A stretch of 64,000 nucleotides of DNA from an uncultured Microbacterium sp. (GCA_964532555.1 CAZHIU010000001.1:4363-68362); one strand, 5' to 3'. Counted from the stretch's first letter, positions 26,361 through 35,830 are shown. Notes: generated by a model not told the origin, from the sequence alone. Numbers and translations are program-made.

Positions 26361-28289
26361 ATGACCACGACAGTGTTTCACACCGTGCTCGTCGCCAATC
26401 GCGGCGAGATCGCCCGGCGCATCATTCGCACACTGCGCGCCACTGGCATCCGCAGTGTCGCCGTCTACAGTGACGGGGATGCCGCCGCCCCCCATGTGCG
26501 CGAGGCCGATGTGGCCGTGCGCCTCGGGCCAGACCCGGCCGCGGAATCGTATCTGCGCACCGACGCGGTGATCGCTGCGGCCCTCACAACTGGTGCGCAG
26601 GCGATTCACCCCGGCTACGGCTTTCTCTCGGAGAGCGTCGAACTCGCGCGCGCCTGTGCGGAGGCGGGGATCGTGTTCGTGGGGCCGGGCGTTCGCGCGC
26701 TGGAGGTCGCCGGCGACAAGGCCCGCGCGCGTGAGCACGTCAGCGCGCACGGGGTTCCGATCATTCCCGGGTTCAGTGCCGAGGGGCTCAGCGATGAGCA
26801 GACCGCCGCGCGCGCGGCAGAGATCGGCTTTCCCTTGCTCGTCAAGCCCAGCGCGGGCGGGGGCGGAAAAGGCATGGAGATCGTGCGGGATGCCGCAGCG
26901 CTCCCGGCAGCGCTCGCCTCGGCGCGCCGCGTCGCGAACGCCGCTTTCGGTGACGACGCGCTCGTGCTCGAACGCCTCATCGCTCGCCCGCGCCACATCG
27001 AAGTGCAGGTCTTCGGCGACAGCCACGGCGAAGTGGTCGCCTACGGCGACCGCGAGTGCACGCTGCAACGTCGGCACCAGAAGGTGGTCGAGGAATCGCC
27101 CGCGCCGGGAATCGATGACGACACCAGAAAGCGTCTTGCCGATGCCGCCGTTGCCGCCGCACGCAGCATCGACTATGTGGGCGCCGGAACGGTGGAGTTT
27201 CTCGTCGATAGCACCGCGCCCGAAGAGTTCTTCTTCATCGAGATGAACACGCGCCTTCAGGTGGAGCATCCGGTCACCGAGGCCGTGACGGGGATCGACC
27301 TGGTGGCCCTGCAGCTTGAGGTGGCGGGTGGCGGTCATGTCGCACCCGTGCCCGCGCCACGCGGGCACGCCATCGAGGCGCGCGTCTACGCCGAATCGCC
27401 CGAGCGCGGCTTTCTGCCCTCGGTGGGGCGCATCCTGCGCTTCGATGCGCCCCCCGGTGTGCGCACGGATGCCGCGGTCGAGACCGGCAGCGAGGTCTCG
27501 GCGTTCTATGACCCGATGATCGCCAAGGTGATCGCGCACGCGCCCACGCGTGCGAAGGCGTTGGCGCTGCTGGATGCCGCTCTTGCCGAGACCGTTGTGC
27601 TCGGCGTCGAAACGAACGTCGCCTTTCTGCGTGATCTGTGCGCCGATGAGCGGGTGCGCTCAGGCGATATGGACACCGGTCTCATCGAGACGCTGTTGCC
27701 CTACGCGGGGCGGGCGGTGCCCGCAGGGGCGCTCACGGCGGCGGTCTCCGCGCTCGATGAGCAGGATGCGGCAAGGGGCCTTTCGCCCTGGTTGAGCCTG
27801 CCCGGCTGGCGGCTGACCGGCGACACTGAGGCGGCCGAGCGGGTCTTCATCACCGACGCCGAAGAGCTCGTCACGAGCGACGCGAGCATTCCCGCCGCCG
27901 GGATGGCCGCTGTCGCAGACGACGGTGCGGTGTGGGTGAGCGACGCAGGGCGCAGCATCCGGCTTCGCCCGCTGAGCAGACGCGAGGCGCTGCGGCATCG
28001 CCTCGCCGCACTCGAACCCGTGGAGTCGGCCAGCGGCCCGGAGTGCCGGGCACCCATGCCCGGGTCGGTCGTGGCGATCCACGTCAAAGACGGTGCGACC
28101 GTGCCCAAGGGCGAGCGGCTGCTGTCGATCGAGGCGATGAAGATGGAGCATCCCGTGCTCGCCCCCCACGAAGGGCGGGTGCAGATTCTCGTCACCGCCG
28201 GAGAACAAGTGCGCCTCGATCAACTCGTCGCGCGGGTGCAGCCTGCCGCCGAGCCGAGCGCCGAGCAGCCATCGAAGGAGAAGACATGA
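26361..28289 (+). CDS. Methylcrotonyl-CoA carboxylase alpha (biotin carboxylase + BCCP)
   Basis: ANRGEIA, GGGGKGM, EMNTRLQVEH, EAMKME biotin site. Confidence 0.9.
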   Translation: MTTTVFHTVLVANRGEIARRIIRTLRATGIRSVAVYSDGDAAAPHVREADVAVRLGPDPAAESYLRTDAVIAAALTTGAQAIHPGYGFLSESVELARACAEAGIVFVGPGVRALEVAGDKARAREHVSAHGVPIIPGFSAEGLSDEQTAARAAEIGFPLLVKPSAGGGGKGMEIVRDAAALPAALASARRVANAAFGDDALVLERLIARPRHIEVQVFGDSHGEVVAYGDRECTLQRRHQKVVEESPAPGIDDDTRKRLADAAVAAARSIDYVGAGTVEFLVDSTAPEEFFFIEMNTRLQVEHPVTEAVTGIDLVALQLEVAGGGHVAPVPAPRGHAIEARVYAESPERGFLPSVGRILRFDAPPGVRTDAAVETGSEVSAFYDPMIAKVIAHAPTRAKALALLDAALAETVVLGVETNVAFLRDLCADERVRSGDMDTGLIETLLPYAGRAVPAGALTAAVSALDEQDAARGLSPWLSLPGWRLTGDTEAAERVFITDAEELVTSDASIPAAGMAAVADDGAVWVSDAGRSIRLRPLSRREALRHRLAALEPVESASGPECRAPMPGSVVAIHVKDGATVPKGERLLSIEAMKMEHPVLAPHEGRVQILVTAGEQVRLDQLVARVQPAAEPSAEQPSKEKT

Positions 28290-29443
28290 CCGAGTTGCTG
28301 AACGACGACGAGCGCGAACTCGCCGAAATGGTGCGCTCTTTCGCCGAAGAGGTCGTCGCGCCCCGCTCCTATGAGGCCGACCGCACGCACACGCTGCCGA
28401 TGGATGTCGTCGCGCAGATGGGGGAGTTGGGGCTTTTCGGCCTGCCCTTTCCTGAGGAGTACGGCGGGCAGGGCGGTGACTATGTCGCTCTCTGCCTCGC
28501 CATCGAGGGTCTTGCGCGCGTGGATCAGTCCATCGCCATCACCCTTGAGGCGGGGGTGGGCCTGGGCGCCATGCCGATCTACCGCTTCGGCACACAGGAG
28601 CAGAAGCAGGAGCTGCTGCCCGATCTCACCGCGGGCACGGCTCTCGCGGCCTTCGGACTCACCGAACCCGAGGCAGGCTCCGATGCCGGAGCGACCCGCA
28701 CCACCGCGCGCCTCGAAGGCGGCGAGTGGGTCATCGACGGCGCGAAGCAGTTCATCACCAACTCCGGCACCTCGATCACCCGTTTCGTCACCGTCACCGC
28801 TGTGACGGGCGAAAAAGATGGCCGCAAAGAGATATCGGCGATCATCGTGCCCAATGGCACCCCGGGGTTCACCGTAGAACCCGCCTATGACAAGGTCGGC
28901 TGGCAAGCATCCGACACCCACCCCTTGACCTTCACCGGCGCACGCGTGCCCGAAGAGAACCTTCTGGGCGAGCGCGGGCGCGGCTACGCGAACTTCCTTT
29001 CGATTCTTGCCGAGGGGCGGGTGGCCATCGCCGCCCTCGCGACCGGCGCTGCCGAAGGATGCCTCGAAGCCGCTGTCGACTACGCCAAGAGCCGCACGAT
29101 CTTCGGCTCGGCATTGGCGACAAGGCAGAATGCGCAGTTCACTCTCGCGCGCATGAAGGCGCGGGTGCATAACGCACGCCTCGCCTGGATTCACGCGGCG
29201 CGCCTGTGCGATGCGGGCAAGCCTTTCTCGACCGAGGCGGCGATCGCCAAGATGACCGCGAGCGAGGCCGCGATGGACAACGCGCGCGACGCGACGCAGA
29301 TCTTCGGCGGCAACGGCTTCATGAACGAGTTCCTGGTCGGCCGTCACTACCGCGACTCGAAGATTCTCGAGATCGGCGAAGGCACCACCGAGGTGCAGCT
29401 CATGCTGATCGCCCGCTCGCTGGGGCTCGCCGAGGCGCGATAG
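28286..29443 (+). CDS. Acyl-CoA dehydrogenase (isovaleryl-CoA/FadE19-like)
   Basis: GLTEPEAGSD, KQFITN, EIGEGTTEVQ; AAGGAG RBS before ATG 28286. Confidence 0.9.
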   Translation: MTELLNDDERELAEMVRSFAEEVVAPRSYEADRTHTLPMDVVAQMGELGLFGLPFPEEYGGQGGDYVALCLAIEGLARVDQSIAITLEAGVGLGAMPIYRFGTQEQKQELLPDLTAGTALAAFGLTEPEAGSDAGATRTTARLEGGEWVIDGAKQFITNSGTSITRFVTVTAVTGEKDGRKEISAIIVPNGTPGFTVEPAYDKVGWQASDTHPLTFTGARVPEENLLGERGRGYANFLSILAEGRVAIAALATGAAEGCLEAAVDYAKSRTIFGSALATRQNAQFTLARMKARVHNARLAWIHAARLCDAGKPFSTEAAIAKMTASEAAMDNARDATQIFGGNGFMNEFLVGRHYRDSKILEIGEGTTEVQLMLIARSLGLAEAR

Positions 29444-29453
29444 CGTGGACGCC

Positions 29454-29954
29454 ATGAGCGAAAAGGATGCCGCCGCCCAGATCGTGCAGCGCGGACTGTA
29501 CTTCGAAGAGATGGCCGAGGGCACGCGATATCTGCACCGCCCGGGGCGCACCGCCACCGAGGCCGACAATGTGCTGTTCACCACCCTCACCATGAACACC
29601 CAGGCACTGCATCTGGATGCCGCCTTCGCGGCGACGCAACAGCCCTTCGGCCAGCGCCTGATGAACTCGATGTGGACGCTCTCGACGATGGTCGGTGCCT
29701 CGGTCGCGCAACTGACCCAGGGCACACTCGTCGCCCAGCTCGGTCTTAGCGACATCTCCTTCCCGCATCCGCTCTTCGCCGGTGACACGCTGTACACCGA
29801 GAGCGTGATCGTCTCGAAACGGCTCTCGTCGTCGCGGCCGGGGCAGGGGGTCGTGACGATCGCGCACACCGCTCGCAACCAGGATGAGGTGGTGGTGGCC
29901 CTGGCCACCCGCACGGTTCTCGTGCACTGCCTGAGCGAAGGCGGCGGGTCGTGA
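29454..29954 (+). CDS. MaoC family (R)-specific dehydratase
   Basis: GLYFEE, RTATEADN, NTQALHLD hot-dog motifs. Confidence 0.88.
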   Translation: MSEKDAAAQIVQRGLYFEEMAEGTRYLHRPGRTATEADNVLFTTLTMNTQALHLDAAFAATQQPFGQRLMNSMWTLSTMVGASVAQLTQGTLVAQLGLSDISFPHPLFAGDTLYTESVIVSKRLSSSRPGQGVVTIAHTARNQDEVVVALATRTVLVHCLSEGGGS

Positions 29955-30757
29955 GCGACTTCACCTTCGGCCCCGCGCTGCTTTTCTGTCCCGCAGATCG
30001 CCCCGAACGCTTTCGCAAGGCCGTCGAAAGGGCAGACACCGTCATCCTCGACCTCGAAGACGCCGTGCTGCCCGATGCCAAGCGCGCCGCCCGCGGGTAT
30101 CTGATCGACGCCGACCTCGACCCCGAACGGGTGATCGTGCGGGTGAACCCCGTGGGCACGCCCGACTACGAGGCCGACATCCTGGCGCTCTCACAGACTG
30201 ACTTTCGCACCGTGATGGTCGCGAAGGCCGAGAGCGCGAAGGCCCTGCGCAGCGTCGATGCGCGCTTCTCGCTCATCGCACTCTGCGAAACGGCACGCGG
30301 GGTCGTCGTCGCTGACCGGCTCGCGGCTGTCGAGAAGGTGATCGCGCTCATGTGGGGTGCCGAAGACCTCACCGCTTCGCTCGGCGGCACCTCGAGCCGC
30401 GATGCGAACGGTCGCTATCGGGATGCCCCGAACTACGCCCGTGCGCGCGTGCTGTTGGCCGCTGCCTCGCGCGGCAAGGCCGCGATCGACGCGGTGTACC
30501 TCGACGTCGATGACACGGCGGGCATGCGCGCCGAGGCACAGGATGCCGCGGCATCCGGATTCGACGCCAAAGCCTGCATTCACCCCACGCAGATCGCCTC
30601 CGTACGCGAGGCCTACCGCCCCTCGCCCGAGCAGCTCGTGTGGGCACGGGCGGTGCTCGCGGCGGCGGAGAGCGAACGCGGCGTCTTTCGCTTCGAGGGC
30701 GTGATGGTCGACGAACCCGTTCTGCGCCACGCCCGCGCTCTGGTGGCCCGCGGCTAG
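29951..30757 (+). CDS. CitE/HpcH family CoA-ester lyase
   Basis: LFCPADRP, LDLEDAV, GAEDL, KACIHP, MVDEP. Confidence 0.88.
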   Translation: MSDFTFGPALLFCPADRPERFRKAVERADTVILDLEDAVLPDAKRAARGYLIDADLDPERVIVRVNPVGTPDYEADILALSQTDFRTVMVAKAESAKALRSVDARFSLIALCETARGVVVADRLAAVEKVIALMWGAEDLTASLGGTSSRDANGRYRDAPNYARARVLLAAASRGKAAIDAVYLDVDDTAGMRAEAQDAAASGFDAKACIHPTQIASVREAYRPSPEQLVWARAVLAAAESERGVFRFEGVMVDEPVLRHARALVARG

Positions 30758-30861
30758 GGAGCGCGGCGCTTCGGTGATCCGAAATGCTGTCAATCCTCCC
30801 TTTCTGGCGCTGAGCGGCGCGTGCCGTCGTTACGGTGGAACCCGGATCGAGGGGAGCCGTC

Positions 30862-31950
30862 ATGTCGTCATCTTCTGTGCCTTCGCCGGCCGATAGGCGG
30901 CGCTGGGCGCGCTATCTGGTCGAGGAGCGCGCCGAGGCACGCGTCTACGAGCGGCTTGCGGCGCGCCGCACGGGCGAGGAGCGCGACATCCTGCTGAAGC
31001 TGGCCGCCGCCGAACACCGGCACGAGGCGCACTGGTTGGCCCTGCTCGGCGGAGAACCCGAGAAGCTGCCGCGGGCAGGGCTCTCTTCTCGTCTGCTCGG
31101 ATGGATGGCGAGAGGTTTCGGCATGATCTTCGTGCTCGCCCTCGCGCAGAACGCCGAAGCGCGTTCGCCCTATGACGACGATCGGGATGCCACCGCCGCC
31201 ATGCGCGCCGACGAGAAAGTGCACCACGAGGTCGTGCGCGAACTTGCCGCTCGCGGGCGGCGTCAACTGTCGGGTTCTTTTCGTGCGGCGGTGTTCGGCG
31301 CGAGCGACGGCTTGGTGAGCAACCTCGCACTCGTGATGGCGATCGGTGCCACCGGCGTGGCACCGAGGTTCGTGCTGTTCAGCGGCATCGCGGGGCTTCT
31401 CGCGGGTGCGTTGTCGATGGGTGCCGGTGAGTACATCTCGGTGCGCTCACAGCGAGAACTTCTGGCGGCGACCGAGCCCAGCACGCTGGCGGACGCCGCC
31501 GCGGGCGATCTGGACATCGACGCGAACGAACTGGCGCTGGTCTATCGTGCGCGCGGCCTGGACGCCGAGGAGTCGCTGGCCCGAGCCAGGCGAGTGGTCG
31601 CGGCGGCGCAGTCGGGCGCACGGGGCGCGATCCCGAACAGCGCTCGGGTGGCGTCTGTCGAGGCCGAGGTGGTCGGCAGCGCCTGGCGTGCGGCCGCGTC
31701 GAGTTTTCTGTTCTTCGCCTCGGGAGCGATCATCCCGGTGCTGCCGTGGATTTTCGGGATGACGGGGCTCCCCGCCATTGTTGCCGCGCTCGGCCTGGTG
31801 GGCGTTGCGCTGTTGGCGACGGGTGCGCTGGTCGGCATCCTTTCGGGTGGCCCGCCCCTGCGCCGAGCGTTGCGTCAGCTCGCCATCGGTTTCGGAGCGG
31901 CAGCGGTCACTTATGCGCTCGGGCTGATCTTCGATGTGGGCGCGCTGTGA
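30862..31950 (+). CDS. VIT1/CCC1 transporter with N-terminal ferritin-like domain
   Basis: ExxH pairs (EHRH, EKVH), FRAAVFGASDGLVSN, SMGAGEYISV. Confidence 0.88.
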   Translation: MSSSSVPSPADRRRWARYLVEERAEARVYERLAARRTGEERDILLKLAAAEHRHEAHWLALLGGEPEKLPRAGLSSRLLGWMARGFGMIFVLALAQNAEARSPYDDDRDATAAMRADEKVHHEVVRELAARGRRQLSGSFRAAVFGASDGLVSNLALVMAIGATGVAPRFVLFSGIAGLLAGALSMGAGEYISVRSQRELLAATEPSTLADAAAGDLDIDANELALVYRARGLDAEESLARARRVVAAAQSGARGAIPNSARVASVEAEVVGSAWRAAASSFLFFASGAIIPVLPWIFGMTGLPAIVAALGLVGVALLATGALVGILSGGPPLRRALRQLAIGFGAAAVTYALGLIFDVGAL

Positions 31951-31976
31951 GTCGTGCTCGGTGAGAGGATGAAGGC

Positions 31977-32585
31977 ATGCTGCACACTCCTCGTTATCTG
32001 ATGACCGACCCGCAGGAGGTCAAGCGCCTCATTCGTGGCAATGCCTGGGCGACTTTTGTCTCGCCCGCATCGACGGGTTTGGTGGCGTCGCACTACCCGG
32101 TCATTCTCGACGAGGAGGCCGACGACATCGTCATCATCAGCCATTTCGGCAAGCAAGACGAGCGCACACACGAACTGGGGCAGCACGAGGTGCTCGTGAT
32201 CATCCAGGGGCCGCACGACTATGTGTCGCCGAGTTGGTATGCGCCGGGAGATCTCGTGCCGACGTGGAACCACCTGACCGCACACCTCTATGGACGGCCA
32301 GAGGTTCTCAGCGACGACGAGAACTACGCGATGCTCGGGAAGCTCACCGATCACTTCGAGAAGCACTACCCGCACGGGCGCAGTCTCTCTGAAGACGAAG
32401 AGGGAACGCGTCGTATCGCGAAGGGAACGGTGGGCCTGCGGATGCCCGTGGCCCGGTTCGAGGCGAGGGCGAAGCTCAGCCAGAACAAGACCCCCGAGGT
32501 GCGTGAGAACATCACCGCGCAGCTCGCCGAAAACAACCCGACGCTGGCCGAAGAGATGCGTCGGGTGGCCCCTCCGGCGGTCTGA
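31977..32585 (+). CDS. FMN-binding PaiB-like protein
   Basis: GPHDYVSPSWY, VPTWN and KLSQNK motifs. Confidence 0.88.
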   Translation: MLHTPRYLMTDPQEVKRLIRGNAWATFVSPASTGLVASHYPVILDEEADDIVIISHFGKQDERTHELGQHEVLVIIQGPHDYVSPSWYAPGDLVPTWNHLTAHLYGRPEVLSDDENYAMLGKLTDHFEKHYPHGRSLSEDEEGTRRIAKGTVGLRMPVARFEARAKLSQNKTPEVRENITAQLAENNPTLAEEMRRVAPPAV

Positions 32586-32744
32586 ACGGGGATGCTGACG
32601 CCGAAACTGCTCAGAAACCTTGCATAGATTTGTGCGTGGCAATCGTTTACAGCGGGCGCGTGGCCTGCCAGAATAAGCCACAGCCGGGTCAAACAGCCCG
32701 GTAAGTCCCCTCGGGGAGTCTGCAACTGAAAGGGCAGAAACAAA

Positions 32745-33302
32745 ATGGCAGAAATCGACAAGGACACCGCAAACTGGCGCCTCTTCGGCGGCGGTGGTTT
32801 GCTCGTCGGCGGTCTTCTATGGCTCGTCGGTGCAGTCCTCAACATGGCCGAGCTCGGCGGTGCTGATCTACTGAAGTGGCTTGGCATCATCGCGCTGGTT
32901 GTCATCGCAGTTGGATTCATCTTCCTGGCTGTCGGCCAGACCGGTTCCAACGGTGCAGTTGGAAACAGCATGCTCGGCAAGCTCGCCCTGTGGGCAGCCG
33001 CAATCGGCTTCCTCTTGTGGGCGCTGGTCGGCATCGTCCCGGACATGGCTGGCGAAGTGACGGGTTGGATCACTGCAGCTCTCGTCGTGCTCGGCACGGC
33101 CGTTTCGGCAGTCGTCATCCAGCAGAAGGGTGTCGCTCGCGGCATCGGCGTCTGGGCGATGTTCCTCGTCGCACTGGTCGCGCTTCTGCACTTCCTGGGT
33201 GCACTCAACCTCGTTGAGGCGCTGGGCGCTTCGTGGGTTGGTCTCGTCTTCGCGATCGTTATGACGCTGACGGGTCTGGTTTACCTGCTCAACCGCAAGT
33301 AA
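32745..33302 (+). CDS. Hypothetical integral membrane protein (~6 TM)
   Basis: 185 aa hydrophobic ORF with RBS and downstream hairpin. Confidence 0.8.
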   Translation: MAEIDKDTANWRLFGGGGLLVGGLLWLVGAVLNMAELGGADLLKWLGIIALVVIAVGFIFLAVGQTGSNGAVGNSMLGKLALWAAAIGFLLWALVGIVPDMAGEVTGWITAALVVLGTAVSAVVIQQKGVARGIGVWAMFLVALVALLHFLGALNLVEALGASWVGLVFAIVMTLTGLVYLLNRK

Positions 33303-33312
33303 TCACCACAAC

Positions 33313-33352
33313 GCTGTGGCCGTCGACGCAAAGCTGGGTCGACGGCCACAGC
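33313..33352 (+). terminator. 15-bp stem-loop after the membrane protein gene
   Basis: GCTGTGGCCGTCGAC-N10-GTCGACGGCCACAGC perfect inverted repeat. Confidence 0.65.
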
Positions 33353-33380
33353 CGTTTCACGGCACCGCCCCAGGCATAAG

Positions 33381-33420
33381 AAGATGGACGCCGACCCAGG
33401 GGCCGACGTCCATCTTTTTT
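33381..33420. terminator. Intrinsic terminator, probably the original tRNA-Leu terminator
   Basis: AAGATGGACG...CGTCCATCTTTTTT hairpin directly abutting the displaced tRNA 3' end. Confidence 0.7.
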
Positions 33421-33442
33421 GTGCGCGAGGGGGGACTTGAAC
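33421..33442. repeat. att site: 22-bp copy of the tRNA-Leu 3' end
   Basis: GTGCGCGAGGGGGGACTTGAAC identical to 41607-41628. Confidence 0.92.
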
Positions 33443-33559
33443 TGACCTCGACACCCTCGCACTGTGTGCCTCGGCAGCGCGTTCAACCGCATAAAATCAA
33501 CGATCTACAACATGTGTCCTGTGGATAACTCCACCGAGGTACCCCGACCTACAGGTTGC

Positions 33560-33581
33560 TTAGCACTTTCGTTAGCACTTT
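33560..33581 (+). repeat. Tandem TTAGCACTTT, putative integrase arm-type sites
   Basis: Two copies 12 nt apart; matching doublet at 41525-41545. Confidence 0.65.
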
Positions 33582-33665
33582 TCGTATTGGCACCTGACAC
33601 GGCTTCCATGGTCTAACGCAGCTACGCTGACTTCCGATGTGTCCCAGATTCTGATCGAGCGTGCA

Positions 33666-35024
33666 CTACCTGCCACGTGTGTCTGCGGCGTCCCCTTGCT
33701 GATAGACGTCGGGGATGCCGTCTGCGTTGGCGTCTATTTGCTCGCGTTCCTGGATCTTGCGGTACCTCCGATTGCGGGTTCCGAGAATCAGGGCGGCGAG
33801 CAGAGCCGCGATGATCGAGGCGGCCAGGATGGCGACTTTGGCGTAGTCGTGTTCGGCTGATCCCGCGTCGAAACTGAGTTCCGCAACGAGCAGCGACACA
33901 GTGAATCCGATCCCCGCGAGGAGTCCGACCCCTACAAGGTCCATCCAGCGGAGTGCGGGGTCCAGTCGTATGCGTCCGATCTTCGTAATGAGCCAGGTGG
34001 CGAGGGTGATGCCGATGGGTTTGCCCAAGACAAGTGCAGCGACGATTGCGAGAGTGACGGGATTTGCGAACGCGACCTGTATGCCTTCCAGACCCCCGAC
34101 TGACACACCTGCCGCGAAGAATGCGAACACGGGGACCGCGAAACCAGCCGAGAGCGGCCGGAATCTATGCTCGAACTCTTTGGCTAACCCCGTTCGCTTC
34201 TTTTGAGCGTCACTTGAATTGCGTTTGTGGAGCACGGGGATCGTGAACCCGAGTAGCACTCCAGCGATGGTGGCGTGAATGCCGGAGGCGTGCATGAACG
34301 CCCACGCCACGATACCGATCGGGAGGAGGATCAGCCACGCTGCGAGGGGGTGTAATCTGAAAAACGCGCGGTAGTGTTGCGCGAGGAATCCATAGACCGC
34401 GATCACCGCGAAAGCGATAACGAGTGGAACGATCTCGATGTGGTCAGTGTAGAAAACGGCGATGATACTGATCGCGATGAGGTCGTCGACGACGGCGAGG
34501 GTAAGGAGGAAAATGCGCAGGGCAGACGGGAGGCGGGAACCGATGATCGCGAGCACGGCCACCGCGAATGCAATATCCGTGGCAGTCGGGATCGCCCACC
34601 CGTGTACTAGATTCTCGTCACCGCGCACTACGAGCACGTAGAAGAGTGCAGGAACGATTACCCCTCCTGCTGCCGCGCCGATGGGCACGATTGCGGTGCT
34701 GAATCTGCGGAGATCGCCAGCGACGAATTCTCGTTTGAGTTCGAGGCCGACGAAGAAGAAGAAGATCGCAAGTAGCCCGTCCGCGGCCCAAGCTCCGAGG
34801 CTGAGCTTGAGGTGCCAGGGCTCGTAGCCGATTTCAAAGTCGCGAAGTGCGAAGTAGGAGTCGGCCATCGGGGTGTTGGCCCAGACGATCGCGATCGCGG
34901 CGGAGAAGGCGAGGAGGACGCCGCCGACTGTCTCTTTGCGGAGGATTTCACCGATACGTCGAGCTTCGGCGTACGTACCATATCGTGGAAACTGTGCGGA
35001 TGTTTGACGGGTGGGGTCGGTCAT
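33666..35024 (-). CDS. nhaA: Na+/H+ antiporter NhaA
   Basis: DGLLAIFF, GWAIPTATDIAFA, LAVVDD, GKPIG, GIGFTVSL; ATG at 35024. Confidence 0.95.
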   Translation of the reverse strand: MTDPTRQTSAQFPRYGTYAEARRIGEILRKETVGGVLLAFSAAIAIVWANTPMADSYFALRDFEIGYEPWHLKLSLGAWAADGLLAIFFFFVGLELKREFVAGDLRRFSTAIVPIGAAAGGVIVPALFYVLVVRGDENLVHGWAIPTATDIAFAVAVLAIIGSRLPSALRIFLLTLAVVDDLIAISIIAVFYTDHIEIVPLVIAFAVIAVYGFLAQHYRAFFRLHPLAAWLILLPIGIVAWAFMHASGIHATIAGVLLGFTIPVLHKRNSSDAQKKRTGLAKEFEHRFRPLSAGFAVPVFAFFAAGVSVGGLEGIQVAFANPVTLAIVAALVLGKPIGITLATWLITKIGRIRLDPALRWMDLVGVGLLAGIGFTVSLLVAELSFDAGSAEHDYAKVAILAASIIAALLAALILGTRNRRYRKIQEREQIDANADGIPDVYQQGDAADTRGR

Positions 35025-35070
35025 GTGGGCTTTCTCTAGGGGATTGAGGCTCGACAGGTATCTGAATGGG

Positions 35071-35556
35071 TCAAAGTGACTCGCGGGCCCAGGCTTCGAG
35101 TAGCGTCGAGTCGACGACGTCGCCCCAAGTGAGCGTGAGATCGCCCCAATTGGTTGGTTCGGTGAGTGCCTCCTCAAGTCGTGCCTGGAGCAGTTCCGGA
35201 TCATCGCAGTGGGTTACGTCGAGGACGAGGGTGCTCACATAGCGGGCCCGGTCACGTTCGAGGTCGTTATGGAGCCGAGACGCAAGCCCGGCAGGCACTG
35301 AAACGATGGCCTGCTGTGGAAAACGTTTCGGTCGTATACAGGCTATGCACAATCGTCGTACTCCTGGCATCCGATCGAACTCTGCTTTTAGCTCGGCGAT
35401 CGAATTGTGCCAGACGGCACGCGCTTGCTTTCGTGTGGTGCATTCAGTCAGGTCAACACCCCACAGCATGCCATGCGGGTGCTCCTGGCTCGGAGCCTCC
35501 GGAAGGTTCGTGAGAGCAGGGAGCGAATCCCCACGTATCAGAAACGGTGCGGTCAT
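35071..35556 (-). CDS. Hypothetical protein upstream of nhaA
   Basis: Globular-looking ORF; start at 35556 (AAGGG upstream) or 35586. Confidence 0.6.
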   Translation of the reverse strand: MTAPFLIRGDSLPALTNLPEAPSQEHPHGMLWGVDLTECTTRKQARAVWHNSIAELKAEFDRMPGVRRLCIACIRPKRFPQQAIVSVPAGLASRLHNDLERDRARYVSTLVLDVTHCDDPELLQARLEEALTEPTNWGDLTLTWGDVVDSTLLEAWARESL

Positions 35557-35586
35557 AGCGAATGTGCCCTTCGGGTTCTGGTTCAT

Positions 35587-35619
35587 GCAACTTTCGCCGA
35601 CCAGACTTCCCGGCACACC
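35587..35619 (-). promoter_or_regulatory. Candidate structured leader motif, copy 1 (GGTGTGCCGGGAAGTCTGGTCGGCG)
   Basis: Follows TACTCT -10 (35629-35634); similar copy on + strand at 35759-35790. Confidence 0.5.
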
Positions 35620-35758
35620 AGCGCCTTCAGAGTAAATCCCAAGACGGGTTTCCATCCTACGCCGAAAACGGGTCGTCTCGCACGAGACCTGTGCTGATCC
35701 GCAGGTTCGCCAGAACATAAGCTCGAGTCACAGCCCTTGTACGCAGTAGTATTGGTTC

Positions 35759-35790
35759 GGTGCGTCAGAAAGTCTGGTCGATAGTTTGCC
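35759..35790 (+). promoter_or_regulatory. Candidate structured leader motif, copy 2 (GGTGCGTCAGAAAGTCTGGTCGATA)
   Basis: Begins 6 nt after TAGTAT -10 (35747-35752), upstream of the ktrB-like gene. Confidence 0.5.
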
Positions 35791-35830
35791 TTGAATTAGA
35801 GGCAATTTGGCGAACCCGGAGATCAACCAG

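Noticed and set aside
32595-32624. Fourth TGCAAGG-N17-CGTCAG match on the minus strand
   Set aside because: Spacing matches, but the -10 deviates and it points antisense into the PaiB-like gene with no credible ORF downstream; could be chance or an antisense promoter, so not claimed
33520-33528. Perfect DnaA box TGTGGATAA near the att site
   Set aside because: Single 9-mer with no cluster or unwinding element; insufficient for an origin call
35585-35635. Plus-strand sORF MQLSPTRLPGTPAPSE
   Set aside because: No RBS; it is the antisense reading of the leader motif and ends ~170-200 nt before the ktrB-like gene
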